A DNA stretch of 64,000 bases from Eledone cirrhosa (Eukaryota), in NCBI GenBank assembly GCA_964016885.1, contig OZ024742.1, positions 230,020,001 through 230,084,000 of the forward strand, read 5' to 3'. The position numbers and the translations under genes are program-made. The notes under the pieces are model-generated. The model made no database searches and was not told the origin of the DNA. It was given only the letters and a program-made list of their open reading frames with translations. Of the stretch, positions 14,160 to 26,279 are shown piece after piece. Every line of letters begins with the position of its first letter. Within the stretch, counting starts at the first letter, position 1.

Positions 14160-15799
14160 CTGCTATATTCCCTCATCTTTTTAGTTTAGGTTCATTTTGT
14201 TTACCACCATCATTATCATCATTATTATCATTGGCTTTTAACAGCTTTTCATTCTAGCTTTCATAATCTTTTGGCTACCATACCATATCTATCTTCTTAA
14301 ATATTATATTTTCACTATTAACACCTTATGAGTTTATATCTGATTATATATTTTATTTTATATTATTTTATTTTATTTTATTTGGATTCTTCTTTGGATA
14401 ATTAACCCCCCACCCCCACCCCCACACACACGTGTCATTCGCCCCTTCAAATATACTATAATTATATTCAATTCCCTTTTATGCTCCTTTCTATTGTATA
14501 ATATTGATTATGATGTTATGCTCCTTCGTATCCTCCATACATTTCTTTTTTCTGTCCCCATTGGCCTACCATAATTCTATTTAAAGTCCGTTTATTAGAT
14601 AACGTTATGCAACTGATAGTAAAATATTTCATTCTTTTCTAGATATTTTTAGAGTGATATCTTAAACTTTGGAGATTTTGATTACTTAAACCATAGCTAA
14701 TATTGTATTGACTTATTATGTATTTTAAATATTTTCAATATTAATTAATTTAATAGGGTTTTCTAGTCATTTATCCGGGTTTGTTTCCTAAATTTTTTTA
14801 CTTAACTGCATGTGACACCTAAGTAAATACTTTTGTTTTTGTTTTTCGATTTCCGGTTGATTTTATTTATATATTTATACTACCGTGCGTAGTTTTCTGT
14901 CTGGCTCTTATTCACTTATTCACATATGTCTGTCCACCAACCACGTAATTATATTATACTATGTTCAATATTTTATATTGAAGTTGTTATTCCACTCTTT
15001 GTAAACGTACTATTGATCTTTATTATTTACCGATTATTAAATGTACCATTATGTTATGTTAAATTTTGTAAATTCTGTAATTTGTTTATATTTTTATAAT
15101 TTTTGTACCAACATAATTTAGTTCTGTACAATATTTTTTCTCACCTGGTCTGTAACTCTATATGATTTGTTAAGTTATATGCCATTATATTATAATATTG
15201 TTATTATAGTGTTATTGTAACATTTATATTAACCGGAGATTATCTATTATATAATTATATAGTTTATTATATATTATATGTTTACTTTTAATCATTTCTT
15301 CTTCATTTTATACTGAAAATAATATATGTATTAGATTTTTATTTTTATTTTTATTTTTATTTTTATTTTCATTCTTATTATTCTTATTTATATTTAAACA
15401 CTTAATAAGGGTTAGTTTGTGCTTGTATTGATGGAAATGTGTATTGATATATATGCATATATGTGTACATATGTATATATATATATATATGTATATTGGG
15501 CCTTTTAATATTATTATTATTATCATCATCAATTTTATTATATTATATTATATTATATTATATTATGTTATATTATATATAGTACAATAATTCCGGCTCT
15601 ATATCACCACCTTTGTTTAGCTTTAGTTTTTGCATTGGACTATATGTGTAATATGGTTCAAAATGTTATTCACTTCCTTAGCAATTTTTACTTGATCATT
15701 TTTACCGGATAACTTTCCTATGCTTTAATGTATGTACACTCCATATTCTTCTGAGTTTTCGGCTTGTATTGGCCGATAGTGCTTCTTATAGCTTTAATT

Positions 15800-15837
15800 G
15801 CCCTGATGAGTCCTTAATAGGACGAAACATTGTTGGC
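15800..15837 (+). ncRNA. Minimal type I hammerhead ribozyme, canonical core
   Basis: GCC-CTGATGA-GTCCT(TAAT)AGGAC-GAAAC(ATT)GT-T-GGC; GUU triplet. Confidence 0.85.
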
Positions 15838-15984
15838 TAATAAGGACTTTTGATGTATTGAAGGCTTCTTTGTTTTATTTTCATAATTCTTCGGCTCTGT
15901 TTAATTACATTGAGCTATATCTTTACTGTCATTTCTATAATACGAAGAGGGTGTTTAACTCCAACACACTCTAGTATTTTTATT

Positions 15985-16076
<92 letters not shown>

Positions 16077-16108
16077 CATATATATATATACATATATACA
16101 CACACATA

Positions 16109-16139
<31 letters not shown>

Positions 16140-16152
16140 ATATATATATATT

Positions 16153-16187
<35 letters not shown>

Positions 16188-16188
<1 letters not shown>

Positions 16189-17444
16189 AATCAGGAAAGA
16201 AGGTTTACATGGTTTGCTATACAAAAAAATTTTTAATCACATAGCTTACATTTGTTTCACTGAACTGGTATGTCTAGAGATCTATCTTCTGCAGACATAG
16301 AATAGCCACTAAATTCATAAGATTCAAACCTCCGTGAATCGAACCAACCTAACATAGCTTTAAATTAGGATACCTACTACCCACAGAAATATATTCATTA
16401 AGTATACTATATCCTTCACAAGTCTATACCACACAATTGTCTGTAAGTACCTCATCTACCAACAATCTTACTCCTTCTCAGCTGCTGCAATCATTTGATC
16501 CTAGATCCTAGTTTTTCTCATTTCACTACTACAATGTTACTTTACCTTCTTTTTGCCATAAGTACAATTAGCACGCTTTTCTCTTTGCATGTATGTATAT
16601 TTTTGTACGAGTGTATATTGATGTGTATGTATGTGTCTATGTACACATGCATGTGTATATATGTGTATATATATTTATATATATATATATATGTGTGTGT
16701 GTGTATGTGTATGTGTGTGTGTGTGTGTGCGTAGATATATGCGTATATTAATTCGTTAACCTCTGTATTAACTCTACAACTATTTAGCTTTGACAGTGGT
16801 CCCACTCATGTATACTGTTGAAGATGAAGAGAAAGACTGTAAAAACTAGCTTATCTTTATAATTTAAAATTGATATACACTATGATACTCTGTACATGTC
16901 AACGCTTCATTTTGCCTTATGACAGCTGGTTTTCACGCCGTAACATTAGATACATTATATATCCCCCACCTAAGTAATGTCAGGGTCTCCTTAAATAATT
17001 TATTGATAGCATTGTTGTAATTGTTGTTATTGTTCTAATTGAATGCCATTACTACTCCATATAGTAGCCTGTATTTTCTTTTCTTGCCTGTGTATTTTCT
17101 TCATTCTCGCATGCTCCGAAGATCTGACTGGTTATAATTCTGTATTGGCGATCGAGTAACGCAAAATTAAGCGGATAGCGATCTCTAGACATACCAGTTC
17201 AGTGAAACAAATGTAAGCTATGTGATTAAAAACTTTTTTGTATAGCAAACCATGTCAACCTTCTTTCCTGATTTATTATTACTCCAAGTGTTTACAACAT
17301 AGGAATTACAGCATACCCACAGTATCACTATGAAAACGCCTTGTTGAGTCAAACCAAGCCAAGCGTTAATATCATCCACTACCTGGAATACCATAACTGG
17401 ACTTCACCTAAGTGGACTGCATTTAACTATTATTTGTTAATCCG

Positions 17445-17445
<1 letters not shown>
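16188..17445 (+). mobile_element. Short PLE copy: inverted 3' fragment (16188-16283), extreme ORF end, 3' region with hammerhead
   Basis: 16188-16283 is the reverse complement of 17180-17274; FCRHRIATKF at about 16287 resembles the CRH/CPH ending of the other two PLE ORFs; flanked by (TA)n. Confidence 0.7.
17110..17222 (+). ncRNA. Type I hammerhead, core CCGAAGA, long stem II insert
   Basis: CATGCT-CCGAAGA-T-CTGACTGGT(~60 nt)ACCAGTTCAG-T-GAAAC(AAAT)GT-A-AGCTATG; GUA triplet. Confidence 0.7.
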
Positions 17446-17475
<30 letters not shown>

Positions 17476-17485
17476 GTATATATAC

Positions 17486-17561
<76 letters not shown>

Positions 17562-17618
17562 TACATATATATATATATATACATACATATATATATATAT
17601 ATATACATACATATATAT

Positions 17619-17812
17619 AGGAACGAGTAGGACCCCGACGGCTGAGCTCAAGCCGTTTCGACGGCTAATTCTGAGTCCAGAATTAGCCGTCGAAACGGTT
17701 TGAGCTCAGTCGTCGGTGTCCTACTCGTTCCTATTACCCACTCAACTACCCTAAGTATTGAGTACTTTGGTGCGTTATGGTCCACCTGGTTCCTTCCCAC
17801 ATTTCCTTCGTT
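17619..17812. mobile_element. Head-to-head inverted PLE-type termini forming a palindrome of about 110 bp
   Basis: GGAACGAGTAGGACCCCGACGG...TAATTCTG AGTC CAGAATTAGCCGTCGAAAC...CCTACTCGTTCC; same family as 10793-10985 and 33583-33707; only the 3' half of the HHR is present. Confidence 0.7.
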
Positions 17813-17817
17813 ATACA

Positions 17818-17873
<56 letters not shown>

Positions 17874-17896
17874 CAAAAATATATATATATATATAT

Positions 17897-18417
17897 ATTG
17901 TTATACTTTGGAAGAAACACACGCACTACTAGCTTTCACTTCAATTTATTATAAATTAAATTTATAAATTTAGGAATTTATAAATTTCCGGTTGGTTGGT
18001 TGGTTCCACAACCAGACGATTGTCCATATATTGTCAAATTTCTTTCGTCACACATTCTGTGACCTCTTAAGTGACTGGGGATTCTTTTCTTTGTTTTTGT
18101 GCCTCTCCTTTGTTCTATTCTACGCCATCTTGTTTTTGTGTGTGTTGTGTGCTTAGTTTGCGCATGTGTTACATCCGGGTGTCTGTATGTGTTTATATTT
18201 GTTTATTTATTTGTTTATTTACACGTTACTGGCTGGTTGTTTGTTCTATGTGTGTGTGTTTTCATTTTGTCCTTAATTGTAAGTTGTGAGGTTGCTGTTC
18301 CATTCATGAATGGAACAGCAACCTCATAACTTACAATGACCCTCCCAAAGTATAACAATATCGGTTTCAACACACGTTTTCAGATAAAGGATCTTGCTAA
18401 ACAAATTCAGAAACGAA

Positions 18418-18418
<1 letters not shown>
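17897..18418 (-). mobile_element. PLE-type terminal repeat (CTGAAGA+R family) with a hairpin junction at 18278-18336
   Basis: Homologous to 48445-49270; its HHR at 18033-18075 has a mutated core (CTTAAGA); flanked by (TA)n. Confidence 0.7.
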
Positions 18419-18449
<31 letters not shown>

Positions 18450-18450
18450 A

Positions 18451-18488
<38 letters not shown>

Positions 18489-19095
18489 GATATAGATATG
18501 CATAAACATATGTATTTGTGTGTATGGATATGATATTAACTGCAGGCACGCCCACAGGCCCACTCAAATATACACACACACATATATATATATATATATA
18601 CAGAGAGAGGGAGATGAGGAGGAGGAGAGATAGATAGACAGATAGAGATAGAGAGAGAGACAGAGAGAGAGAGTGAGAGAGTGAGAGAGAGAGTGTGTGA
18701 GCGAGAGAGAAAGTTATAAAAAGAGATAGATAGATAGAGGTAGAGACAGAGAGGTGGCGGGGGGGGGGATACAGATTGATTGTCAGATCGACAAGCAGAC
18801 ACGCTCAGAAAGTTAAATAGAAACCTACACAACCACGCCCCACACGCGAGCGCACGCACAGACACACATACGTGCATAAATATATGGTAAATAATTCCTA
18901 TATATACATATAATTATTGCCTCCAGACGTAGTATTTTCGAAGTTTATGAATGCAGGTTAAATTATAATTTCTGGTCGTTCTTTTCTCAATGGGAGGATT
19001 TAACCCTTTTCGAAACGAGAATAGAAATCTGGCAGTGTATTAATTGCGCGCACACACACACACACACACACATACACACACACATACATACATAC

Positions 19096-20130
19096 ATGGT
19101 GGCTGCCAACTCGTTTTCGAGTACGGCCACTACTTTATATCCACGTAGGAGAACCCCTACTGATACGCTGAACGAGTGTGACTTTTTAGTCCAGCCAGCG
19201 ACTTGAAAACTCTGGTACAAACACTACACTTGTGACAATTATCGTCACATAGTGCTGGGCCCATGGTACTATGTGACGACAAGTGCAGAGAGGTCTCCAG
19301 ATATAAAGCAATGCCTGTGCCGTGAAGCTTTTATAGTGAGCAAAGGCACTGCACAAAGCCAGTCCCACTCTCTTAACCAAGATGATATTTACCAAAAAGA
19401 AGTACAAGTCAACATCATTGCATATCATCGGAGTTGCAGGTGTTATATCAGAGTTTTGCTTCTCCTAGAATTCTGTCTTGACAAAGGCTAATGGGTCATC
19501 TCTCCCGGATACATACATACATGGTGGCTGCCAACTCGTTTTCGAGTACGGCCACTACTTTATATTCATGTAGGAGAACCCCTACCGATGCGCTGAACGA
19601 GTGTGACTTTTTAGTCCAGCCAGTGACTTGAAAACTCTGGTACAAACACTACACTTGTGACAATTATTGACACATAGTGCTTTGCCTTTGGTACCATGTG
19701 ACGACAAGTGCAGAGATATCTCCAGATATAAAGCAATGCCTGTGCTGTGAAGCTTTTATAGTGAGCAAAGGCACTGCACAAAGCCAGTCCCACTCTCTTA
19801 ACCAAGATGATATTTACCAAAAAGAAGAACAAGTCAACATCATTGGATACCATCAGGGTTGCAGGTGTTATATCAGAGTTTTCCTTCTCCTAGAATTCTG
19901 CCTTGACAAAGGCTAAGGGATCATCTCTCCCAGTGATTTTGGATGGCCATTGACTCTTAAGAGCTCCTTTGCCCTTTGACAGGTTTTGTTTTTAGTCCTG
20001 CAGGATGTCCAAAGTCACCCTCCTCACCAAGAAACCTTGGTGGGGTTGCCAGTTTAGTCGCCAACGACCCGACCATGAGACAGGTTGTACTGGGATACAT
20101 GTTACCAGTAGCACCAAGTGGTGACCTGAC
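19096..20130 (-). mobile_element. Two tandem copies of the non-autonomous RTE derivative (one full, one 5'-truncated)
   Basis: Reverse complement of the 52871-53477 unit; (CATA)n on both sides and between the copies. Confidence 0.85.
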
Positions 20131-20196
20131 ATAACATACATACATACATACATACATACATACATACATACATACATACATACATACATACATACA

Positions 20197-20231
<35 letters not shown>

Positions 20232-20459
20232 CCACGTTTAAAGTGCTTTACGATATCAGATTTCTGAGATGCGCCTCTGGCAGGTTCGACGCCGATGAGT
20301 GTTCCAGTAGTAAAAACAACGAAATAGCCTGTCCATGCTAGGGAAATCAGCGTGCAAGTGACGGAGCATTCCAGAGATACGTGAACACACAATATACTTC
20401 TTAGTGTGAAACTGTGACAAAACTGGACCTTTTGTCTTTGCTCACTTTATATTCACTTA

Positions 20460-20700
20460 ATCTAATTCTCTATCACCATTTCTCAGCAAGTACTGTATCG
20501 TCATTATTTACCCAGTAAAGTTTGTACCTAAGGTGTTTGCTTGTTAGTAGTCGCACTGAGGCACCTCTCCATCTCATTTCTTGTACACTGCATCCAACCG
20601 TTATTCTTCTCTCTAGCAGTCCCACAATTTTACCTGAGTTAGGTTTCTGTGTGCCAACATTGAGGGTGGCAGTCCTGAGGTTTCTAATTTAATAGTATTT
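20460..20700 (-). pseudogene. RTE-type AP endonuclease N-terminal remnant
   Basis: Minus strand reads LRTATLNVGT...CSVQEMRWRGAS, matching the APE motifs (xLNVxT, CxQETRW). Confidence 0.6.
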
Positions 20701-21629
20701 AGTTCCTTGAGTAGAAGTTCTTTGTACTTGGAATGGAAAACGGCTGTGGGGTTGCCTGATGGTAGTCGAACGGTCCTTCATCATAGCTACTCTGACCACC
20801 ACATTATCGTGCAGAGCATTAACATCACCATTGCTAGCCCTGTATACGCAATTTGTGGTAATCTATTTTGTTGTGCTTGCCATAATTTTAGTATGTTTTT
20901 TTTCATCTAGCTGAATGCCCTTCCCGTCACCAACCACTTTACAGTGTGAACTTGGTGCATTGTTCGTGCCACCAGACTAGTTGGTTTTCCTTACAGGACA
21001 CGAGAGTCCTTTCCAGCTGATAGTTTTTATTCAGAGTGCCCACTCTCCTTGACGGGTTGCTTTCACTACAGATTATGGAGTCCATCTCTGCTCCGTGCTG
21101 TCATTTTTAAATGGAGTCATTGGCCTCCAAGATGTGTTGTCTTCACTACTGATTCTGTGGTCCTCGTTTGTCCCATTCAGTCGTTTTTAATCAGAATCAC
21201 TACTCTCCGAGAGGGGTTGCCTTCACTACGTCATATGCAATGCAAGTCTGTCTCATGCAGTCATTCATATCCGGAGTCAGTGCCTTCTGGGACAGACGGC
21301 TTCCAACTAAAAAAATCTTTAAAATCCCTCGTTCGCTTTTCTAAGCGTTGTTACGTTCCACAGAGTAGTGAATTGACATTTGTCATGCGACATCAGTCAT
21401 GTGACATCAGCCATATGAAAGAGTATGCTTGTGAAGCAACAGACCGGAAGAATGGAAAGGAGTTGAGATATGTTGAACATGTCACTAGGGTGTAGTACAG
21501 CATTTTAAAGGCAAGGTCCAGGAACAGAAGCTTTTATGGAATAGGATGTAAGATATATGGAATATATTATTCGTAAAGTCTGTCAGACATCGATGATGAA
21601 GTTCTTAAATGTATATATATATATGTATG

Positions 21630-22160
21630 TAAGATGGCTGCAAGTCGATGTCGGGTAATGCCATAGCTGGATACTTAAGTACGAGCATCACGGACTTGAC
21701 ATTTTTTTACTTGCTAGGGACTTGCCTATCACCAGCAATAACGTGCATCACAACAACATGCCGCATATCAAGCGATGACAATGCTAGAAGATTTTTTAAG
21801 TGAGGAAAGGCTTTGCATGGAGCAAATCCCACTCTCTCAACATCGAATGTATTTATCCAAAAAGTAGAACTGGTCGACATTATTGGATGCAAACGAAGTC
21901 GCAGGTTTTATATCAAAGTGACCTTCTAAAGAGATGTCTTAATGAAGACTAGGAGTCTTTCGCTGCGCAAAAAAGAAAAGGTTATTGGAATGCCGTTGAT
22001 TCTCCAGAATGCTTTTCTTTTTCATCGCGCAGGGTGTCCAAAATCACCCTCCTCACCAAGCAAGTTTGGTGGGGTTGCCGGTTTAGTCTACGACGACCTG
22101 ACTCTAGACAGGTTGTACTGGGTTACATATTACCAGTAGCGCCGAAGAACGACTTAATAC
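21630..22160 (-). mobile_element. Older, diverged relative of the RTE derivative
   Basis: Shares GTCCAAAATCACCCTCCTCACCAAG...GGGGTTGCC...ACAGGTTGTACTGGG with the 19960-20130 copy. Confidence 0.7.
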
Positions 22161-22411
22161 AATCGGCAACCGCTCAGTATAATCAGTTCCTGATTATTAC
22201 TGGAATTCTATAAGAATCCAACATTCATAATTTTCAGCAAACAAAGGGGGTGGTAGGGTCTGAGGTGTACCAACAGTACGAAACAGAGATCTGTCAGTTT
22301 ATCTCCCTTTGTTTTCTGAAAAAAGAAGTAAGTGACATAGTCACTACTTTAAAACAATAGCGTAAGGTCTTCAGAATGCTTTTAATTAAGCATACAGTGT
22401 ATTGCAAAATA

Positions 22412-22491
<80 letters not shown>

Positions 22492-22833
22492 GTATATATA
22501 TATAAATTCACCGAGAATCGCATTTCGGCAGGTAGAAAAAGCGAAAGGTAACGCAAATTCCGAGTCATGCCGGCAAGCGCTCCATGGGCGACCAGAGCAA
22601 TAAACATAGTTTATAAAGGCCATACAAACTGAGAAGGTGGTCAAGAAGGCATTAACGACCTAAGCCAAAAAGCAAGTCAAGCTAAACAGGTCATACAAAG
22701 TAAATGACATATTCATATATATATATATATATATATAACAAACCTGGACCTTTGGAATTGATGGTAAAATCCAGTACAGGGTTTCTGCGACACCTAAATC
22801 AATAATACTATCTGCAGTATATATATATATATA

Positions 22834-23045
22834 AAATAACAGGGGGCTGGACTTGTGTAAATCTTTGAAAGGTTTATTATACTATGATCATTTCAATGAC
22901 CGGGTTCCGTATGAATCCGGTGATATCATCATGTATTCGAAATATAATAAATGCATGTAACAGATAAAATCCTTGGCTGAAAATCATAGACCCGAGGACG
23001 ACCGACCATCTAGCATCTTCCACTTTAGCCAGTCGCCCTCAAGTG
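22834..23045 (-). mobile_element. PLE-type 3' fragment with mutated hammerhead (22879-22936, C3 to A)
   Basis: Near-identical to 49506-49719; bounded by (TA)n. Confidence 0.75.
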
Positions 23046-23083
<38 letters not shown>

Positions 23084-24944
23084 ATATGGCTGAGTATTCC
23101 ACCGACAAGTATTCTCTTAATTTAATTCTCAGTAATTAAGTATGTGCGACAAGGATGAATTACAGGTACTGTCTAGCCGAATGACTTCCAAACAATTTCC
23201 CTCATCCTAATTTCACACCCAAGGTTTGTCCTTACCAGATGTTCTGGTAAATGGAACACTTTCAATATGTCCCGCAGTAGTATCAAACCTCGGATATACT
23301 TGTTTTGAAACGAACATATTAACTATTCGGTCATACTGCACCCATATATATATATGCATATGTTCGTGTAAGATGTTAAACAAATGGATCTGATTCCACG
23401 TTTCACTAAGCTGGAATAAATATCGCAAAACACTTTTTTCTGTGCTCTCACAATTCCCTGCTGTTTTCAGAGTGGTGGATTTTTTTTGTGTTAATATTAA
23501 TTTTCATGGTAAGAACGGAAATAGAAGGTGCGAGACTTAGTCGATTTCTTGTTTTTCTCCTAACAGGGTTTATATCAGGATGATATAGGTTTGAAATAGA
23601 TGTGGAACTAAGAATAGAGTAAAATCGTGAGAGCTCACTAATTTCTAAATATAAAAGTTGTCCGTGTATGTGTCAGGAATATTTGAAATATTTCTTTCTC
23701 TGAAACCCAACTGAATTCCATATTAAATTGACGTAGGAAATGTCATCTTGACATTGTAATTTACATCGCCACAGAATTATCAAGCCGAAAGGAAACGAAG
23801 TTGTCTTCTATCAATCACACGTGATGTGTCTATATTGCTTTAACCAATTTAAGCTGAATTGTGTTTGTAATTTTAATATGAAAATGCATTAAGCATGATC
23901 GATCTTCAATATCAATAAAATTCACAAAACAAACTACGAAATTAGCAAACAAACAAAAATATTGACAATGAATATCCTATTTTATATTTGGTCTAAAAAA
24001 AAAAAGTATTTAAAAAGTATGGGAGGACAGGAGTATGATTTAATCATCGACAATTGCTTCTAATGACATGATTAACTGGGAAAGCATGAAACATTATGTA
24101 AGGTTCTTGGGTATAATTTTGGGTTCCTTAGATTAAATTGTTATACATGCTTGTGGTACAATTATTAATAGAAATACATGCACATGCCCATAGCGAATAC
24201 TAAAAATGAATGGGCTTAACAGTTGTTGCTTTACAATGTTAGAAATAATAGGCACACGCCCTCAGGTCTGATCTACAGACATAGAAAAGATCTTATTGAA
24301 TAATATAATCCTACATTTTAAGACTAAGCCATGGCCTTTATTTATTTATCGAGACCTACTTTGTAGAAATTACAGTGATTTCAGTTATGAATTTCGGTGT
24401 CTATGTAGTCGGGAGCAGACTCAGACCATTCTCTCTGAATACTCCAGTCTTGATTCTGCTCACCAGCCCGGATGAGTCAGTTTTAGCGAGGGAACACAAT
24501 ACCAGCACTGATTTGTTACTTTCGTTACCGACCTCGAAGGAAGAAAAGGCAAGTTGACCTCGACGGGATTCGAATTCAGAGCGTAGAGAACTGGACCGAA
24601 TATTACAAACATTCTATCAGACTCTATAACGATTCAGCAAACCGGCTGTCTCAAGCTCTCATTCACTATTACTCTATTATTTCATTATTTGTGTCAGTCA
24701 CTGGAGTGCTTGTGTCAGTCACTGGAGTGCAGATATGCTAAGGCAAGGTCTTAAAAGTGGATCATATGAAGGCAGTATTTATATGCTCAGGTCTGGTACT
24801 TTTTTATCGATGTTTTCTTTTGTCGAACTGCTAAATTACGAGACATAAACAAACAAGAAACTGAAATACATGCACAAAGACCCACGACCAAAACAGAGTG
24901 GCGTTAATCATAAATCTACTTAATTAATTTTGAACAAGTTATAA

Positions 24945-25350
24945 AACAACTGTAGCATCAACAACAGCAACTACAAGAACAATACCAACTACAACAATGC
25001 CACCAACAACAGAACCGGTAAAAACAATAATAGAAAAAAAAACAAGAACACAAACAATAACAAAATTCAAAAACAACGACGAAAATAGTGAAAGCAACAA
25101 CATAAGCAACAACATAAACAAGTTTAATAACAACGAGGACATCGACAACAATAACAACCACAGGCACAACTACGACTTCAACAACAATAAGATAAAATAT
25201 AACAACAACATTGACAACGACGACAACAATATGGTGAACGCTAGAAATAACAAAAATAGCAACAACAACAAAAATAACATCCGCAACAACGACGACGACA
25301 ACAACAGTAACGAAGATGACAACAAAAACAGCAACAACAACAACATCCAC
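24945..25350. repeat. Degenerate (AAC)n microsatellite
   Basis: AAC/AAT/GAC triplet runs. Confidence 0.85.
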
Positions 25351-25983
25351 AAAAGCATTGAAAATATGAGACAATTTTCAAAGTATTGTAGAGTGCATCC
25401 TGCAAATTCATTAACAGGTGTTCTCTACTGAATGTTACGGATCAATTTGAAACCTATGGTATTGGATCAATACTATATTTCTGTCAAAGAGTACAGTGTT
25501 ACACTCACATAGAAATATTAGCTGGATGGAGGGAAAGAGGGATGTAGAGATGGATGGCAACTCAATAGATACGCCATTTTATTTCGTTCTAAACGCACGG
25601 GAAGACATTTAACCAGATACAGGATTTAAGTATGGTAACAGCAAGTGAAAGTAGATCACTTGACAATAACAAAAAAGGAAAGAGAGACTAGCCTAGAGTA
25701 GAATAGAGATTGCATAATCAGTTGAAACCACAGAATTCGTAATTTTAGGTATAAATGTATATATATATGTGTGTGTTTTTGTATGCGTATGCATGTGTAT
25801 GTTTGTATATATACATACATGTACACCCACATATTGTCTGATGATCCTGGGAATGCGCATGTGAAAATCCAGAGTAACAAGGCTCAGCACTTAGTCAATA
25901 TATGGATATTTAAACTGTACTTCTGTATTGATTACTCTTTGTCACATCCATCAACTATATAGAGATATATTATTTATATACAA

Positions 25984-26140
25984 GGGCGGTGGATTGGCAG
26001 TATTGGTAGAGGGTCGGACGCCATGCTTTGACGTATAGAGTTACGGTCCTTTGCCTTTCATCCTTGCAGGGTCGATAAAATAAAGTACCACTAATGCACT
26101 GGGTAATTGCTGGCCTTGTGCCAAACGTAGAAACAATTAT
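25984..26140 (+). mobile_element. SINE family A with internal deletion
   Basis: GGCGGTGGATTGGCAGTATTGGTAGAG...GGCCTTGTGCCAAACGTAGAAACAATTA, B-box segment missing. Confidence 0.8.
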
Positions 26141-26210
26141 TTACATACATATGTACACATACACACATACACACACACACACACACATACATACACACAG
26201 ACACACACAT

Positions 26211-26279
<69 letters not shown>

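Larger units (their letters stand above)
13131..15987 (+). mobile_element. 5'-truncated Penelope-like element (Neptune-like) between (TA)n tracts
   Basis: GIY-YIG coding region, long AT-rich 3' region, terminal hammerhead at 15800; both ends abut (TA)n. Confidence 0.85.

Noticed and set aside
22505-22600. GC-rich, TA-flanked segment with GGCA/TGCC-GAAAT
   Set aside because: Could not place a core or stem I on either strand; unresolved
24997-25431. Asn-rich 144-aa ORF
   Set aside because: Degenerate (AAC)n repeat with no domain or splice evidence
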